A stretch of 64,000 nt of DNA, taken from contig NC_088858.1 in NCBI RefSeq assembly GCF_963853765.1, positions 38,812,001 to 38,876,000 on the forward strand, read 5' to 3'. This document shows, piece after piece, positions 61,328 to 64,000 of the stretch (the stretch's first letter is position 1; each line of letters begins with the position of its first letter). The position numbers and the translations under genes were made by a program. The stretch comes from Magallana gigas. Lineage: Eukaryota. Below the pieces are notes generated by a model. It saw only the letters and a list, made by a program, of their open reading frames with translations, was not told where the DNA came from and searched no databases.

Positions 61328-62014
61328 ATATTCTCTACTTCGTACGAAAATTTATTTTGCTTCATACTGAAACTGGCGAAACTGAAAGTCCGACCCAGTT
61401 TTAAAACGATCTGTCCATGTATTAATATACGCATGCATTTAACTTTTAAAAGATGGTTTTAAAATTCATTGGTAATCTAAGACAAATAGTACATATGATA
61501 ATTTAATAACACGTAAACCAATAATCCGACGATAAGATTCCTTTAAGGATGACGTTTACTTAGAATGAAAAAAAAATTCCACTGATGATAATGAAAAGCC
61601 ATCTATTGTATGTTGTAGACCTTTGATTGTAGTGTTATTTTTCACTTTCAAAAAAGTAGGTCAATGACCTACTTTTTGAGTTAATGGCCACTAAACATTT
61701 TTTGAAAAATAAAATAATAAAATTTTACAATACGATTGAGATTTTCTTTATTGTAAAAATATTACAAATAATAGAACACTTTAAAAACAGTTTATGAATG
61801 GTAGTAGCACAAAATAGATACACAGCATTAAGATTTCAGATTACTCTGTATCTTGATGGACACCAAACTTGGTACAATGGCAATTTTTATCACGTATTTA
61901 TAAATGACACCAATGCCGTTGATGTCACAAAGTCAAGGTTCATATCGCCCACTTAATATCATGAGCCAGTAAAGACTTGACTCGCATTAGACTCAGTACT
62001 CTGTTACTCATTAA

Positions 62015-62400
62015 AGAGGCATGGTTACGATTTTAGGAAAATGCATTTCTAATGATCAAATGAAATTTGAGAGTCAGTTATAAGCAAGATACAGGGCTCA
62101 CGGTTCTCTACTGTGCCCTGTTTTTGTTTACATAGGTTCAATAGACCAGTAAACATCTTTTTCAAGCTGATTTTTTTTAAGCGTAAACAAACAGATCCTA
62201 ACGTTTAACACCTTTATTTTAGGTCTTAAACTGGAATTCTTGCTTCAAAATGTAAACGGAATCTTTGTTTACATAGAAAAGAATTGTAAGCCCTGTGCTG
62301 TAACTTGCTTATAACTCAACGAATGGCACTCAAATTTTGATTGCCTATTAAAAATGTCTTACTAAAGCATTGTAAACATTAAAATCGGAACTGTATTTTC
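62015..62400 (+). mobile_element. 3'-truncated copy of the TTAA/Kolobok-like family seen at 33397-33864
   Basis: TTAA|AGAGGCATGGTTACGATTTT start. Internal CAAGCTGATTTT, TTTGTTTACATA and AAGCATTGTAAACAT are shared with the 33397 copy. No right TIR. Confidence 0.75.
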
Positions 62401-63084
62401 AATGAAAGCAAGGACTGACCTAAGAAGTCTACGCAATAATTTTCAGGCAAATGATTACATCATTAAATTTTATTACACTTATTTATGCATTGAACTATTG
62501 TTTTGTAAAAGATGTAATCTTATAACTGCAACGATGTGTGCAATAAAATTATGAACCATTTGTTAGAATAAAACTCATAAATTAAGGTAAGATTTGCGGC
62601 TTGCATTTTTTTAGGAGTTGTACCAATGTAACATACCATTTTGTTCACTACACTTAAGTCTTTTTTCTCATGAAATTCAAATTAATTTACCCGTCCCGTT
62701 TTATAACTACAAAAGGTCAAAGTTTATGATTTCCAATTTTCATGTTAATGATCATGAATTGCAAACAATTTCATGAAAATATATACATTTTATTATTTCT
62801 ACATGTAACTATTAGGGGGGGGGGGGGGTATGCTTTAAATGTTCGAAAATAATGTCACTATTTACATCATGATTCATTTTTATTAATTTCTAATGAACTA
62901 TCTAAAAATAGAATAAAATGCAACAAATGTCTTAATTTTGGACTACTATTATGTAAACGAAAACATCTTATTTGAAACTTTCCCAAGTCCACCGATTTCA
63001 GGGAAAACGTATCTTAATTTATGTGTAATCTGATATTTCTAAAACACTATTTAAAACCATGTGATGCGGAATTCGTTTTTGTGG

Positions 63085-63220
63085 CAGGCACGTAGCATCA
63101 GGAGGGGGGGGGGGGGGGGCAGGGGGGGGCCTCCCCCCCCCCCCACTTTTTTGGGAGTATGTAAAAAATTGATATGAAAATAAGGAAATGAGGAGTGAAA
63201 TTGAAGTAATATACTACGCC
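63085..63220 (+). mobile_element. Partial G/C-run MITE (CAGGCACGTAGC family)
   Basis: CAGGCACGTAGCATC followed by poly-G/poly-C and CCCACTTTTT..GTAAAA, as at ~57060-57145. Confidence 0.55.
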
Positions 63221-64000
63221 AGGTAGGTGGTGTTACGTCACAATGAAAATGTGTGAGTTATCGTCACAATGGTATGTCGTCACACTGGTATGCCGTCACA
63301 TAGTTAATCCAATGACGTCATAATTGGAATTGCAGCTTCACAACGAAGGAAGGCACAGTTTAAATTAAAGGTCATATGAAACGATATCCTGACCATATTG
63401 AGTTATATACGGGAATGAGTTCATAAGTGCCTATTTAATAAGACTGACATTGTTTTTTTGGATATTTTATGCAAAATGTGAGCGCCACAGTCGATCAAAA
63501 TTGCTTAATCGGGAAAAGGAACATTGACTTACGCGGCTTACCTCCCTTGCTTATGACGTCAGTAAGACCCAATCGCCTTATAAAGCTATGTTGTGAATAC
63601 AAATATCCATGTCATTTTGCAGCATTTTAAAAGAAAAAAAAATACTATTTCATATAAAAACTTGTATAATTATACAATAATCAACCACGTCAGTATTTTT
63701 TCTCTCAAGAAATGAAATCGTGTGCGTTTTTATTTACATGTAATAGCGTGTACATAATGATATTCAGTTTCGAGACTGCACGGAGAATAAATGATTTTCT
63801 TCATAGATCCACATGCTAGTATAATATAATTTTAATATAAGCATATTTATATGTTTTATTTTGATCTTTTTAATGAAATTGACAAATTCAAAAATAAGTC
63901 TGATCGTTTTTTCCCATTTGCACGTTCATGCAATTCATTAAGATTTTTTTTCTAAACAACTTGTAGGACTCATTGTGCCTCATTCGCTTCACGATTATAT

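Noticed and set aside
1-64000. tRNA, rRNA or prokaryotic operon/defence-system features
   Set aside because: No cloverleaf, rRNA-like or operon structure seen. The genes have GT-AG introns throughout.

Overview
AT-rich, intron-rich animal genomic DNA, not prokaryotic. The Helentron-type satellite-carrying elements and abundant TACATGTA motifs point to a bivalve, most likely a Crassostrea/Magallana oyster (inference). All exon boundaries were read by hand from GT-AG sites and reading-frame continuity. In order, the window holds: the last exon of an unidentified acidic protein (+); cytoplasmic tryptophanyl-tRNA synthetase (-, 8 exons) head-to-head with WDR25 (+, 5 coding exons); a BTB-BACK-PHR protein (-); an intronless SOCS-box plus NEK-like pseudokinase (-) head-to-head with spastin (+, 16 exons); a tandem-duplicated METTL24-like protein (-, 7 exons); a decayed RLE-type non-LTR retrotransposon; a stum-like membrane protein (-, 3 exons); and a stand-alone vwkA-type VWA protein (+, 2 exons). 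Introns and intergenic DNA carry Helentron-like elements with ~166-bp arrays, TA- and TTAA-flanked MITEs, perfect hairpins and microsatellites. I saw no rRNA, tRNA or CRISPR. The best candidate for an undescribed system is the N-terminal SOCS-box pseudokinase, which shares a ~200-bp promoter containing a kB-like site with spastin. Next are a spastin overlapping-uORF/second-Met arrangement and a before/after transposon-footprint pair in an intron.
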